NCBI RefSeq assembly: GCF_001194135.2
Contig: NC_068989.1
Span: 56,550,595 to 56,607,129, forward strand
DNA from: Octopus bimaculoides
Lineage: Eukaryota
Length of the DNA: 56,535 bases
Reading direction: 5' to 3'
The notes below the pieces were generated by a model. It was not told the DNA's origin. It did no database searches and saw only the letters and a program-made list of their open reading frames with translations. Within the stretch, counting starts at the first letter, position 1. Each line of letters starts with the position of its first letter. The translations under genes were made by a program, and so were the position numbers. Positions 1 through 11,949 of the stretch are shown piece by piece.

Positions 1-1289
1 GGAAGTAATTCCTCCCTCTGTATGAATGCGACAATTCTGCGTATTATGTAGTTTGAATGAGGAACTGTTAAGGTTTGTGAGCAACTGGCTGTGTTCATGT
101 TTGAAGAAAGGGGAATTGCATTAGAAAAAGTTTTAATCGCTGTTCTTGGTAAGTATGGGGGTTAGGTAAAAATAGAAGAGGCATGAAGAAGTTGATGTTT
201 GTAAGAATTAACGGGGAAATTGTATGTAAGAATTAATAGCGGACGTATCCAATTTAAGAAAAGTGAGGATAAAAGTTAAGTGAAGAAGTATGGAATAAAT
301 AATTGTTATACACTTATAAGAAAACAATTTATATTATAGAAGAGATACATACCTGTTGAAGACGAAAATGTATATGAGAGCTATTGTATTGGACGTGTGT
401 ATAATCATAGAGAAAGTGGAAGACATATGAAATGGACGTGTGTGGGTGTATGTGTTCGTGTGTTTTTTGCAGGTAATTTTGCAAGAGTTTTGCAGTCAGC
501 AGGAGGTGGTTTGTGTTTTATCTCTCGATCAATGGCCGGACAAATGAAAATATTTTTTAATATGTGTTTTGGGAAAAGGGGATCTTTTGAAGTGGGCGTC
601 AAATAAAAAGAGACATGGACAGTTTTATGACTGAACTTCTTTTGAAGATGCCATGAGACGGAAGAATTGATGTGCGTGCGTATGTCTGTGTGTGTATGTT
701 TGATGGGGTGTGCAAGACAGAGAGAGTAATGTTGATGGTGTGTGTATATGAGAGAGAGAAAAAGAAAGAAAGAGAGAGAGATAACTGAAATTTTTAATTC
801 AATTTTTGTAGTGAGTGAATGTGTGAGTGATTGACAGAGAAAAACCCAGAGAGAGTGAGAGAGAGAAATTATGTATGCATGTATGTATGTATGTATGAAT
901 GGCTTCAGTGACACACACTCACATACATGCACGCACGCAGGTTGTTTTAATCGATTTCCTCGGTAACTATGTGGGCTAGGAAAAAATATAAAGTGTGTTC
1001 CAATCTATGCACCCGTCTCCACATGTGTGCCATTTTTCATGCGAATCCACCCAGCCGTTTGGCCATAAACCTCGAGACAAGAAAGAATACAACGGTCGCC
1101 CATGTTCAATTCATATTATAGATATATACACCACCAATGTTATCCAAGAGAACGGCAAAGGTTGATTCAGAGTGTGTGTGTGTGTGTGTGTGTGTGTTTG
1201 CATGCGTGCGTGTGTGTGTGTTCGTGTATGTGTGTTCATGTCTTCTTGTCTTGACATTGTAGAGAGTTGTAAATGGATGTCACTGCCAT

Positions 1290-1505
1290 GCAAGTGGTGT
1301 CCTTCATTTCTGGTCTGGTCATGAGAAAATACTACCTTACTTGGGAGCAGGTGAGGGTTAGTGAAAGGAAGAGCACCTGGCCATAGAAAATATCTGCTTC
1401 AACAAACTCCATCCAACTCATGTAAGCAAGAGAAAGTGGACATAAAAATGACAATGAAGATGATAATGGCAGCAGCAATGATGATGGTGACAACAATGAC
1501 AATGA
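1290..1505 (+). mobile_element. Non-autonomous retroposon 3' part with RTE-type tail
   Basis: Ends ...aagagcacctggccatagaaaatatctgc...agagaaagtggacataaaa followed by degenerate (GAT)n. A sibling copy lies at 25690-25875, and the tail matches the RTE 3' end at 39600-39758. Confidence 0.6.
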
Positions 1506-1809
1506 TGTCAATAGCAAGAAGCATAAACAGACTCTGAGATACAGTGCTGCAGGAAACCAAGATACAAAACACTGTCAGAAAGCTGTTCTTAATCCTGTGA
1601 ATATGATAGTGAGAAGTTTGTAGTGAAGGTTCACTTTGAAGTGATACAAAACCATCATGTGATTGTAGCCATTCTATAATACTGTTAGTGTTCATCCTTA
1701 TGTAGGTCCTGATCCAGCAAACATATCTGCAAAGGTGTTTATGCCATGATCATTTCTTCTCTTGCTTTTATTTTTAGTGTAAATAAACTGTCTTGTAAAT
1801 TACTTGGCA

Positions 1810-2010
1810 AACTCACTAGTGCTAGTGACATGAAAAAGGTACCCAGTACTTATTGTAAAGTAGTTGGCTATATGAAAGGGTAACCAGGTGCAGAAACCAT
1901 GCCAAAGTTGACAATGAGCATGTTGCAGCCCTGTGGCTTACTGGATCCTGTCATATCATTCCATCTATGCCAGCATGGAAAATGGATGTTAAATGATAAT
2001 GATGATGATA
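1810..2010 (+). mobile_element. RTE-family 3' tail fragment ending in (GAT)n
   Basis: ...ccagcatggaaaatggatgttaaatgataatgatgat matches the terminal motif of the RTE copies. Confidence 0.6.
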
Positions 2011-2029
2011 ATCATCATCATCGTAGTCA

Positions 2030-2290
2030 TCAACATCATTTGGTTGGGCTTGCTTGGACATTTTTAACCTGCACACGTCATCCGTCTTGGTCCTGCATTA
2101 GTTGAGGGAAGTCTTTGGGGAGGCATCCAATGTCTTTAGTGAGATCATCTTCGTACATTGTGTTCAGATGACCTGCTTGAGTACAACCATGCCTTGTATT
2201 GGTTCTACCAATTTATATCTATTGTATCAACCGTGTGATGTACTAATGAGCCATTCTTATCACTTCGCATCACATGGTCCTTACAAACTG
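2030..2290 (-). mobile_element. RTE-clade LINE C-terminal remnant, tail-to-tail with the 1810-2010 copy
   Basis: Minus strand reads ...GHLNTMYEDDLTKDIGCLPKDFPQLMQDQDG*RVQVKNVQASPTK*, resembling RTE ORF C-termini (D.GC...LP..M.DR..WR..V...RAS). A (GAT)n-like tail follows. Confidence 0.5.
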
Positions 2291-2400
2291 GTGACTCGAG
2301 TTAGAACACGCACCTCAGCCATTTACAAATTGGTAACCTGACGTAGAACATGCACCTCAGTCCCTTACAAATTGGTGACTCGACGTGAACATGCACCTTG
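2279..2400. repeat. Minisatellite, 3 x ~41 bp
   Basis: Unit ~ccttacaaaytggtgactcgacgtagaacaygcacctcag repeated three times with no unique spacers. Confidence 0.8.
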
Positions 2401-2497
2401 CATTGCATGATCCTTACATAAATATGTGTGTGTGTGAGTGTACTCGTACTTCGTATTTTTTTGTTTTACACGTTCCATGACGTCCTGTGCCCACATA

Positions 2498-2541
<44 letters not shown>

Positions 2542-2828
2542 NNNNNNNNNNNNNNNNNNNNNNNNNNNNNNNNNNNNNNNNNNNNNNNNNNNNNNNNNNN
2601 NNNNNNNNNNNNNNNNNNNNNNNNNNNNNNNNNNNNNNNNNNNNNNNNNNNNNNNNNNNNNNNNNNNNNNNNNNNNNNNNNNNNNNNNNNNNNNNNNNNN
2701 NNNNNNNNNNNNNNNNNNNNNNNNNNNNNNNNNNNNNNNNNNNNNNNNNNNNNNNNNNNNNNNNNNNNNNNNNNNNNNNNNNNNNNNNNNNNNNNNNNNN
2801 NNNNNNNNNNNNNNNNNNNNNNNNNNNN

Positions 2829-2865
<37 letters not shown>

Positions 2866-2870
<5 letters not shown>

Positions 2871-3600
2871 TTTATATTATTATATGATTGAATGCCATGC
2901 ATCCTCTTCCAAGTAAGTTTTATCTTAATAATTCTGATGTGTACTCTACTTTTTACGCTTCTGTTTTTCTCTCTTTCTTTCTCTTATTCTTTCACCTCCT
3001 CTTCTCCCATTATTCTTTTGTTTTTTATTCTTACACCTCCCCTTCTCCCCCTCATGTTTTTTCTCACTTATCCTATCTCCAATTTATTCCTCTCCCCTTT
3101 ACAGTTCTCTGTCTGTCACTCTCTCTCCCTCACTCTTCCTCCCTTGCTCACGTGGCTCCCACATGACCTTCGGCCATCTTTCTTCTCCTAACTTGCGTTT
3201 CTTTCTTTCTCTCCATTGTAGCTGGATCAAGGAAGATGTGTCTCCTGTCCAAGCTTGATTTATGCATTCACCCCCACAACCTCGTTTAGGCTTAGCAGCC
3301 CTTCCTGTTTGTTTTCACTGTCCTGTTTGTATTACTAATTTTGACCCTCCGCAAAATCCCAAATTTTATTTAATTTGCTTTGCGGGAGCAACTGTTTTAT
3401 ATAAAGCGTATCTTGTTGTTAAATGCTCGAAATATGAGAGTAGAAAAACAGCCAACTGATGAAGGGTCGTTCCTTGTGTTCTTTGTCTTGCTTTCCATTT
3501 GTGTCTTTCATTGTTAAAAAAAAAACTTCATATTCCATGTACCCGTACTTTGTATTTTTTTGTTGTACACATTTCGTGACGTCCTGTGCCCACATATGTA
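2866..3600 (+). mobile_element. Probable Penelope-like 3'/pseudo-LTR region
   Basis: Pyrimidine-rich tract, then ...gggagcaactg...atgctcgaaatatgagagtagaaaaacagccaactgatgaagggtcgttc..., ending gtgacgtcctgtgcccacatatg+(TA)n. The same motifs recur at 2440-2500 and 8100-8345. Confidence 0.45.
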
Positions 3601-3646
3601 TATATCTACACGTATAGATGTAAGTATGTACATATACACATGCAGA

Positions 3647-3721
<75 letters not shown>

Positions 3722-3732
3722 GGTAAAGGTTA

Positions 3733-4062
3733 AGATCCCCTTCAATCATGAATGACCATGGGATTGCTCTGAAAAGCTCTCCTCCATGGTACAAGTCCGG
3801 GCAAGGTTGTTTATGAAAAAGCAGCAGTCACCCGTACATATGAGCCTCCCCTCTCTGTGCCAATGATGTTATCCAAGGGAAAGGCAAAGGCTAATACAGC
3901 TTGGCATCAGTGACATCCCAACTCCTTTTTACAGTTGAGTGAACTGGAGCAATGTGAAATAAAGTATCTTGCTCAAATACACATCGCACAGCCAGGTCCA
4001 GGAATCAAACTCACAACCACACGAATATGAGCCCAACACTCTACCAACTGAGCCATGCACCT
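3733..4062 (-). mobile_element. tRNA-derived SINE, family C
   Basis: tRNA-like A/B-box head at the 4062 end. The body matches 19621-19946 and 32620-32925. Confidence 0.85.
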
Positions 4063-5091
4063 TCCACTATATATATTTGCACACACATTTTTTCAATGAA
4101 ATTTTCAACAAATACCAATCAGATGGTGTAGATAACGAATTTCAATATAATTATAATCAACACCATCTGAAAAGCATTTGCATAAAATTTCATTAGAAAA
4201 TACAAATTTTTCAAAAAGTTATGAAGCAACAAATTCAACACGTGTGAATTATTCGAAACTCTTCTTCCCACTTCCACACGCAAAAAAAAAAAAAAAAAAA
4301 AGAAGCCCTTTACGACAAATTCCGATACAAGCACAATCTAAATCATCTGAAACATATTTCTAGGAAATTACATAAAAAAATATCCTATTTTCTGAAAGTT
4401 ATAAGTAAACAAATCCGTGGGGCACAATTGTGTAGGTATGCCTATATATATATTTATATCGGAATACATATATATTCAATGGAGTTCGATTTGTGTGTAT
4501 GAGTCACGTAGTACACGTCAGACAATTTGTAATCATATTTAAAAACGGAGGAAACTTGTCATGCGCACAAATCAATAAGGGAGGTAACTTTTATATTTGT
4601 CTAACGTTGTGATTTCCCTTGCTTCTAGTTTCTGAATTTAGAGTTAGCAATATTAGAATGAAAGAGATAAACTTTATGTAAGAGAATAATTAAGGTAAAA
4701 GTTTATAAAATTTAAGATTACACAAGCGCGCGCGCACACACACACACACAAACATATGTGCCTTGATTACCAGCGAATCCTTTGAGCTAAAATCATCATC
4801 ATCATCATCGCCACCAACACCAACCTTACCAATAGCTTCCCCGACGTCAGACCTGTTAGCCACCACAGTAGTAGCAGTAGAAGCAGAAGCAAGTCCAGTT
4901 CTACCAGTGGCTATAACGGCAACAACAGCAGCAACATTATTACCAACAGCACCTCCTCCATAACTGGCAGTGGCGATAGCACTACCGTCGCTACCAGCCT
5001 CGACTCCAGCAACACCAGCAGCCCAGACTTTATCAACAACAACAACAACAGCCACAACAACGACTGCAGCACAGGCAACATACGGGTACTA

Positions 5092-5302
5092 CTAAAGCAG
5101 CGCGGACCCGAACGCGCAGTCACGCGTCCGCGCTAGCTAGTCTTGAGTGGTCGATCCTAACCCTATCCCTAACCCTAACCCTGTCCCTAACCCTAACCCG
5201 CGAGTGCAAATGAATACGTGTTTAGGGTTAGGGTTAGGATCGACCACTTACGACTAGCTAGCGCGGACGCGCGACTGCGCGTTCGGGTCCGCGCTGCTTT
5301 AG
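5092..5302. mobile_element. 211-bp MITE with ~70-bp GC-rich TIRs, internal (CCCTAA)n/(TTAGGG)n and TA target-site duplication
   Basis: Left arm ctaaagcagcgcggacccgaacgcgcagtc...gatcctaaccct is the reverse complement of the right arm agggttaggatc...ccgcgctgctttag, with a few mismatches. TA flanks at 5090-5091 and 5303-5304. Confidence 0.85.
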
Positions 5303-5455
5303 TACCCAGCATACGCAGGGACGAAAATATTGTCGACACCACCAGCGACACCAACACCAACATCAGCAGCCCCAACTCCCACCGGCATCAGCGGCGACAG
5401 CAGCAGCAATGTCAGCACTTACAATAGCAACAGGTGCACCGACATCACACACTCA

Positions 5456-6012
5456 CAGAAATACATGGGATGAACTAGGAATTCTATCAAACAGCATCTT
5501 TCCAATCATTTGTCCTCCTTCAAAGTCCTGGAAAGGAGATACGTGATATTGCAGGCCAGTCATACCTGGCAACAAAGAGACGAAGGGATACCATACTTGA
5601 TTGCATGAAAAATACTTGAGAACCCAGGCCCCTTCATCAACTGGACGAAACGTTGCAAGCTATGCATTGCTGAATGCACGCGAATCCTAATAGAATCGTA
5701 AAGGGAGCAAGGCCATGCTTGCATTTTAGAAGATTCCTGCTGGCGATTTGGAATCCGCAAGGCAACACTACAGCCTGAAGCCAATAGCCAAGGACGAAGG
5801 GAGACAACCGTTTATCTTGTGGTTCTTTGGTGACTGCAAGATGGCGGCGCAGCTGAAGCTTGATGGCCAATGGCAAAGGGCGATAATCACCTAGTGTTTA
5901 CCTTTATAGCGAAGCATTTCTCCCTCCATATTTTGAAGAGGTCTTAGGCCAGTGATGTTTGTGGTCTGAAGATACGCCATAAGGTTAAACTCCTTATGAG
6001 TGAGAAACCCAG
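5456..6012 (+). pseudogene. Penelope-like element 3' remnant: GIY-YIG endonuclease C-terminal half plus pseudo-LTR
   Basis: One frame (5456-5701) reads QKYMG*TRNSIKQHLSNHLSSFKVLERRYVILQASHTWQQRDEGIPYLIA*KILENPGPFINWTKRCKLCIAECTRIL. This matches the PLE pattern YIG.T...FKQRY.NH.SSF...W..K......W.IL.......KRC.LC..EK. A decayed hammerhead core (ctgaaga...cataagg/ccttatg...gaaac) lies at 5966-6008. Confidence 0.75.
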
Positions 6013-6134
6013 TGTAACCCCATAACGTGACCTTCCCCAATATAATATTAACTGCTCTACATCTTTGAGTGTGCTTCTCCTCCAGATTTATGTATTTCTA
6101 CAAACAATATAACAATATATATATATATATATAT

Positions 6135-6368
6135 AATTATAAACAAGGGCAAAAGAAAAAAGATTTCTATGCCAGTATGCTGAGAATAGACTTTAAATCG
6201 TCAATCACCACATACAATATACATTCACTATGAATACATGTGCTGAAATCGAGGAAGGCTAGCTTGTATTCATAGTGAATGTATATTGTATGTGGTGATT
6301 GACGATTTAAAGTCTATTCGCAGCATATTGGCATAGAAATCTTTTTTCTTTTGCCCTTGTTTATAATT
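6135..6368. repeat. Near-perfect inverted repeat, 104-bp arms with 26-bp spacer
   Basis: Arms 6135-6238 and 6265-6368 are reverse complements with about 2 mismatches. Confidence 0.95.
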
Positions 6369-7341
6369 GTTTAAAATGTTCACCTTTAAAGGTATTTTAA
6401 TATGCTGGCCACTTTTGATGGAATTTTTGGGGAAAATTTTTTATCCTATATTAGATGTATATATATAAGAAACATGCCCCCTTGATGAACTCCCTCAGCA
6501 GACAAACATACGAATGTCACATATATCCAGAATATAAAATAATGTAATTGTCGAGAAATGGTCTCTAGTGGGTTGCTCTAATCTGTTGTCTGATTTACCC
6601 CCACCACCACAACCTAACCTTTGGATGTCTTTAGCAGAATCTACATTAATGCAAGTATTCTGATCAGGGATCTTGTTTGGAGATTACTTGATATACTGAT
6701 AGTTGCTTCCTACTACAGCAACCTTTGGCATTTAATTTTTTTTTCGAAGGCTCTAAATTGGTCATGGGTATTTCTCTTCTTCCTTAAAATTTTAAAGAGA
6801 AAAAGGTGTTTCCCTATTTTTAGAGATAGATAAGATGTACTATAGAAGATATGTAGAGTGTTCTGCAAAGCAAGAAACATTATGTTGCAATTACAACAAT
6901 GTGATTCAACATCTGTGGACTCAAATGCCAATTAAAAGTTGGACTCAGTTCTAATTTAACACGCACACACATGCACATGCATACACACAATTGCACACAC
7001 ACACACACATAATTGTGCACACGCATGCATACGTATAATTGTGCATGAACACACACACCCAAATGCATAATGCACACACAGACACTTACACATGCACACA
7101 CACACATGCACAAAAGCTGTACTAGATGTCCTGGACAACATCCACATGAAGTATGACCTAACAGTTAAGTCTACCATGCATCTCTCATCATGACTCCAAC
7201 ACTGCAAATCAATAATCAGCTCACAAATGTCATCTTCTTATCATTTGTTCACTTCAACTTTTCCTTTTGTCCTATTCTGCCACCACTCAAAATGCTTCAA
7301 TATTTACTCCTGTATCAAATCTATATTTTTTGATGTCATAA

Positions 7342-7730
7342 CCATCATCATCATCATCATTTAATGTCTATATTCCATGCTGGCAGGAATTGGACAGTTT
7401 GACAGGAGCTGACTAGCTGGAGAGCTGTCCAGGCACCAGTTGTCTGTTTTGGCATAGTTTCTATAGCTTGATGCCCTTGCTGCTGCTAACCACTTTACAG
7501 ACAGTACAGCCTGCTCTTCATGTGATGCTGGCACAGCCACTTTATATGAGGCACTGGCATGAGTGCTTTATATAAGGGACCAGTATGGGTGCTTTATATG
7601 TGGAACCAGCATGGGTGCTTTATACCTGGCACCAGCTTGGAGGCTTTTCTATATGGTTCCAACACTGGAGCTTTTTACAGGGCATCAGCAATGGAGCTTT
7701 TAACATGACCCTGAACAGCTGCTCTTCTAT
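7342..7730 (-). mobile_element. RTE-tail retroposon with ~28-bp degenerate internal tandem repeat
   Basis: (CAT)n followed by ttaatgtctatattccatgctggc is the reverse complement of the RTE tail. gtgcttta...ggcaccagc units repeat at 7520-7720. Confidence 0.65.
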
Positions 7731-7735
7731 GGGCG

Positions 7736-8238
7736 TAAAGAATGACCCTTCATAAGTTGTTGGCTGCCTATCTACTCCTCATTTCAAGCATTGAATGACA
7801 CAACGAGTCTTCGAAGGCAGTTGCTCCCACAAATACCAAAATAAAATTTGGGATTTATGGGAGGTCAAAGTTGGGAACAAAAACAGGACAGTAGAGACAT
7901 ACAAGGAAACCGAATGAAAACAAACATGGAGGGTTGTTAGACCAGAATGAGGGTAAAATAGTGAATGGTGGAGAAATGTTTTCTTTGGCAACAGAAAAGA
8001 GAGATAGATAAGATACGTCCAGCTTCTAGGACAACCCTGAAAGAAAAGAAGGATGATCACATGAGGAAAAGAAAGATGGACGATGGTCACGTGTGTTTGT
8101 TCCCAACTTTGACTCTCCATAAATACCAAATTTTATTTTGGTATTTGTGGGAGCAACTGCCTTTGAAGACTCATATTATCGTTCAATGCTCGAAATGAGT
8201 AGATAGGCAGCTGACAGCTGATGAAGGGTCGTTCTTTA
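7736..8238. repeat. Inverted duplication of a PLE-like pseudo-LTR segment, ~145-bp arms
   Basis: 7736-7882 is the diverged reverse complement of 8097-8238 (e.g. gttgctcccacaaataccaaaataaaattt / aaattttattttggtatttgtgggagcaac). Confidence 0.85.
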
Positions 8239-8379
8239 TGTTACTTGTCCTGTTTTCCATTTGTTTCTGTCGTTGTTTGTGTTTTCAACTCTTTTGTTTT
8301 CAAATTTAATGTTGTTTATTGTTTGTGATGTCCTGTACTCATATAAGCGAGCTACAATATTCTCCTATATATATATATG

Positions 8380-8410
<31 letters not shown>

Positions 8411-9035
8411 GTATATANNNNNNNNNNNNNNNNNNNNNNNNNNNNNNNNNNNNNNNNNNNNNNNNNNNNNNNNNNNNNNNNNNNNNNNNNNNNNNNNNNN
8501 NNNNNNNNNNNNNNNNNNNNNNNNNNNNNNNNNNNNNNNNNNNNNNNNNNNNNNNNNNNNNNNNNNNNNNNNNNNNNNNNNNNNNNNNNNNNNNNNNNNN
8601 NNNNNNNNNNNNNNNNNNNNNNNNNNNNNNNNNNNNNNNNNNNNNNNNNNNNNNNNNNNNNNNNNNNNNNNNNNNNNNNNNNNNNNNNNNNNNNNNNNNN
8701 NNNNNNNNNNNNNNNNNNNNNNNNNNNNNNNNNNNNNNNNNNNNNNNNNNNNNNNNNNNNNNNNNNNNNNNNNNNNNNNNNNNNNNNNNNNNNNNNNNNN
8801 NNNNNNNNNNNNNNNNNNNNNNNNNNNNNNNNNNNNNNNNNNNNNNNNNNNNNNTATGTATATATATTATTTATATTATTATTTGATTGAATGCCACGTA
8901 TCCATTTCTAAGTAAGTTTATATATATATATGCTGTATATATTTGTATGTATGTATGTTTGTATGTATGTACATATATATGTATGTATGTATTATATGTA
9001 TGTATGCATGTATCTATATACATACATATATACAG

Positions 9036-9428
9036 GTGCAGGAGTGGCTGTGTGGTAAGTAGCTTGTTTACCAACCACATGGTTCAAGGTTCAGTCCCAC
9101 TGCATAGCACTTTGGGCAAGTGTCTTCTACTATAGCCTCAGGCCAACCAAATCCTTCTGAGTGGATTTGGTAGAGAGAAACTGAAAGAAGCCCATTGTAT
9201 ATATATATATGTATATGTTTGTGCGACTGTGTTTGTCCCCCTACTATCACTTGACAACCGATGTTGGTGTGTTTATGTCCCCATAACTTAGCAGTTCAGA
9301 AAAAGAAACCGATAGAATAAGTACTAGGCTTACAAAGAATAATTCGTAGGGTCGATTTGTTCAACTAAAGGTTGTGCTCCAGTATTGCCACAGTCAAATG
9401 ACTGAAACAAATGAAAGAATAAAAGAAT
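9036..9428 (+). mobile_element. tRNA-derived SINE, family A, full length
   Basis: Head gcaggagtggctgtgtggtaag...ggttcagtcccactgc, internal (TA/TG)n, and 3' ...gtcaaatgactgaaacaa. Many siblings occur in the window. Confidence 0.9.
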
Positions 9429-9508
9429 AAATATATACACATACATCTTTGTGCATACATGCATACATACATACATACATACATACATACATGCATACAT
9501 GCATGCAT

Positions 9509-9540
<32 letters not shown>

Positions 9541-10117
9541 TTCCATGGATGTATGCATAAAGTTATATATGCATGCACGTGTGTTTGTATACCCTAGATG
9601 GTTGTATGTATGGATAAACAATTGAGAGAAAGAAAGTGAAAGAGAGAGAGAGAGAGAGTGGGAAAGAGAGAGAGAAACAGAGAGAGAGAGCTTTACCAGC
9701 TGTTACTTAACAGGATTTACTAATAATCCCCAGCTAGTGTTCCACACTCATACAAACACCCACATACATAGATACACTTGTAATTACACCCTCATACACA
9801 TAGATATACTCACACCTACACATGTACATAGGTAAGTGTCATCTGGGGTTGTGCACACACACACACACACACATGCACACACAACTCCTAACTATGTACA
9901 CATACAAACACAGATGCATACTCACAAACATGCACACACAGACATATGTCACCTGTGGCACGTGGGATGGGGGGGGGAGCAGTGATGTGATGTGGGGTGT
10001 GGGACTGGATAGCTTGGGGTTTGGGCCTGTGTCAGGTGAGCAGAATGGAAGAATAAGGGCAGGGTGTATGTGACGGTTGGCATGGTATTAACCATGATGG
10101 CAACGCACATGGTTCAT

Positions 10118-10580
10118 ATTAGTAGCAGTAGTGGTGGTGGTGGTTTAGGTGGTGGTAGTGATGATTGTGGTAACAGCAGCAGAAGCATTAACTGTAGTAG
10201 TAATAGTGGTGGTGGTGGTGGTGGTTTTGGTAGTGATAGTAATAATGGTAGTGGCAACAGCAGCAGAATCATCTGCTGTAGTAGAAGTAGTAATAACAGT
10301 AGTAGTGGTGGTGGTGGTGGTGGTGGTGGTAGTGATAGTAATAATGGTAGTGGCAACAGCAGCAGAAGCATTGGCTGTAGTAATAGTAGTAGTAATAACA
10401 GTAGTAGTGGTGGTGGTGGTTGCAGTAATGGTTGTAGTAATTGTAGTAGTAGTAGAGTTCTTGTTTGTGGTGGTAGCAATTGTACTATTTGCACCCCATC
10501 GCCATTCCTACCCCAGACACCTATGACGACAACAACAACAACAAAAGCAACCGCAACAACAGCAGCAACAACAATAGCAT
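10118..10580. repeat. Degenerate (GGT/AGT)n low-complexity tract with ~100-bp higher-order repeat
   Basis: ggtggt...ggtagtgatagtaataatggtagtggcaacagcagcagaa occurs twice nearly exactly and a third time degenerately. Confidence 0.8.
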
Positions 10581-11898
10581 AGATATCAACAAAAGGGCAA
10601 GGATCTTCAGTTATTACAAGTGAATTGTTCCTAGCTGGAAACAACTGTTGGTGTGTGTGTGTGAGGGCTTGATTAAGATCCACTAAGCACTTAAAAGATT
10701 TTAGCACCCCCGTATATATGTAATTCAAAATATAAACAATTATAAACCATAAAATAAATTTTTATTGTTTAAAATACAACAAGATGGAAAATAATGCTTA
10801 TTCTTGTATACTTCCACTTTATTTATATTTGAAAAGTTTTCTCCTACTTTTTTTTGATTGCAAAGTCTTTGATCAGATCCTCAAAATCAATCTTACATAA
10901 CACATCTGCTTCTATACTTTGTAGAGATAAGGCATCCTGAATATTATTTTAGCAAGTTTAAAACGATTTCTTTTGTGCCATAAACCACTTACTGTTTCTG
11001 TGACACCCTCCCTACTTCTCTTGATGCCCTAAGCATATGCATATTTGGCATGTGTGCGTGCGTGTGTGTGTGTGTGCGTGTGTGTGTCTGTGTGTGTGTG
11101 TGTGTGCACTTCTCCACAATCCACACTTTTTCTCTCTTTTACTCATAATTCAGTTTCTCTCTTTCTCGCTTTCCTTCTCTCTCCCTTTCTCTCTTTCTCT
11201 TTCTCTCTCTGACCCTCTAAAAAAAGGAAGCTGGATTTTCAAGCTTGTTGTTTGGGATTTTGTCCCACTGCATTGCACTTTGGGTTGAGCAAGAGTTTTC
11301 TACTATAGTCTCAGGCTGACCAATGCTTGGTGGGGTGGGGGGGGATTTGGTAATTTGGTAGACAGAAACTGTGTGGAAGCCTGTTCTCCATTTTCCTTGA
11401 TTTTAATTGTAGAAACTCTGTAGATATTTGTGCATTTTCAGTTAGGTGTTTGATATAACAAACAATATTCAGATTACCAACTGTCTGATAGCCTGGATCT
11501 GTAGATAAGATTAATAGGGTAAACTATATGTATGCATGTATGTATGTATATATATGTGTGTGTATGGCTGATTCCTTTCAAGAAATATGTTAACCTTTGT
11601 TGTTTAAGCTCATAAAGCCCTGATGAGATTCTGCCTCACATAGTTGAAAATGATGACCAATTCTTAACATATGACCCTACCCAAATGCTTAGAATTATGA
11701 ATCACCTAGGGGCATGAATCAAAATATATAGGTAGGTCTTTGGCATCTGCCATTTCTTTTTTTGAGCTTTATAATTTATAATTCATTTGTATTGCTTTTA
11801 TAAAAACCTTTCAACCTCATAATATAAAATAAATTAATTATACGTCCATAACTCTCCATTTCTTTCTTCCATTTTTAATGATATATATGCATATACAT

Positions 11899-11941
<43 letters not shown>

Positions 11942-11949
<8 letters not shown>

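Noticed and set aside
340-385. ctgttga...gaaa with flanking atacat/atgtat pairing
   Set aside because: There is no stem II and the A15.1-U16.1 register is wrong; likely chance.
2279-2400. CRISPR-like look of the 41-bp repeats
   Set aside because: The units are contiguous with no unique spacers, the context is eukaryotic, and there are no cas genes.
5155-5240. True telomere or chromosome-fusion site
   Set aside because: The repeats are short, imperfect and enclosed within TIRs and a TA duplication.
5471-5608. In-frame TGA codons in the GIY-YIG remnant as selenocysteine (as in Naiad PLEs)
   Set aside because: One TGA sits at a conserved Trp position (TGG>TGA) and the other at a variable position. 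The endonuclease is C-terminal and visibly decayed, and I saw no SECIS.
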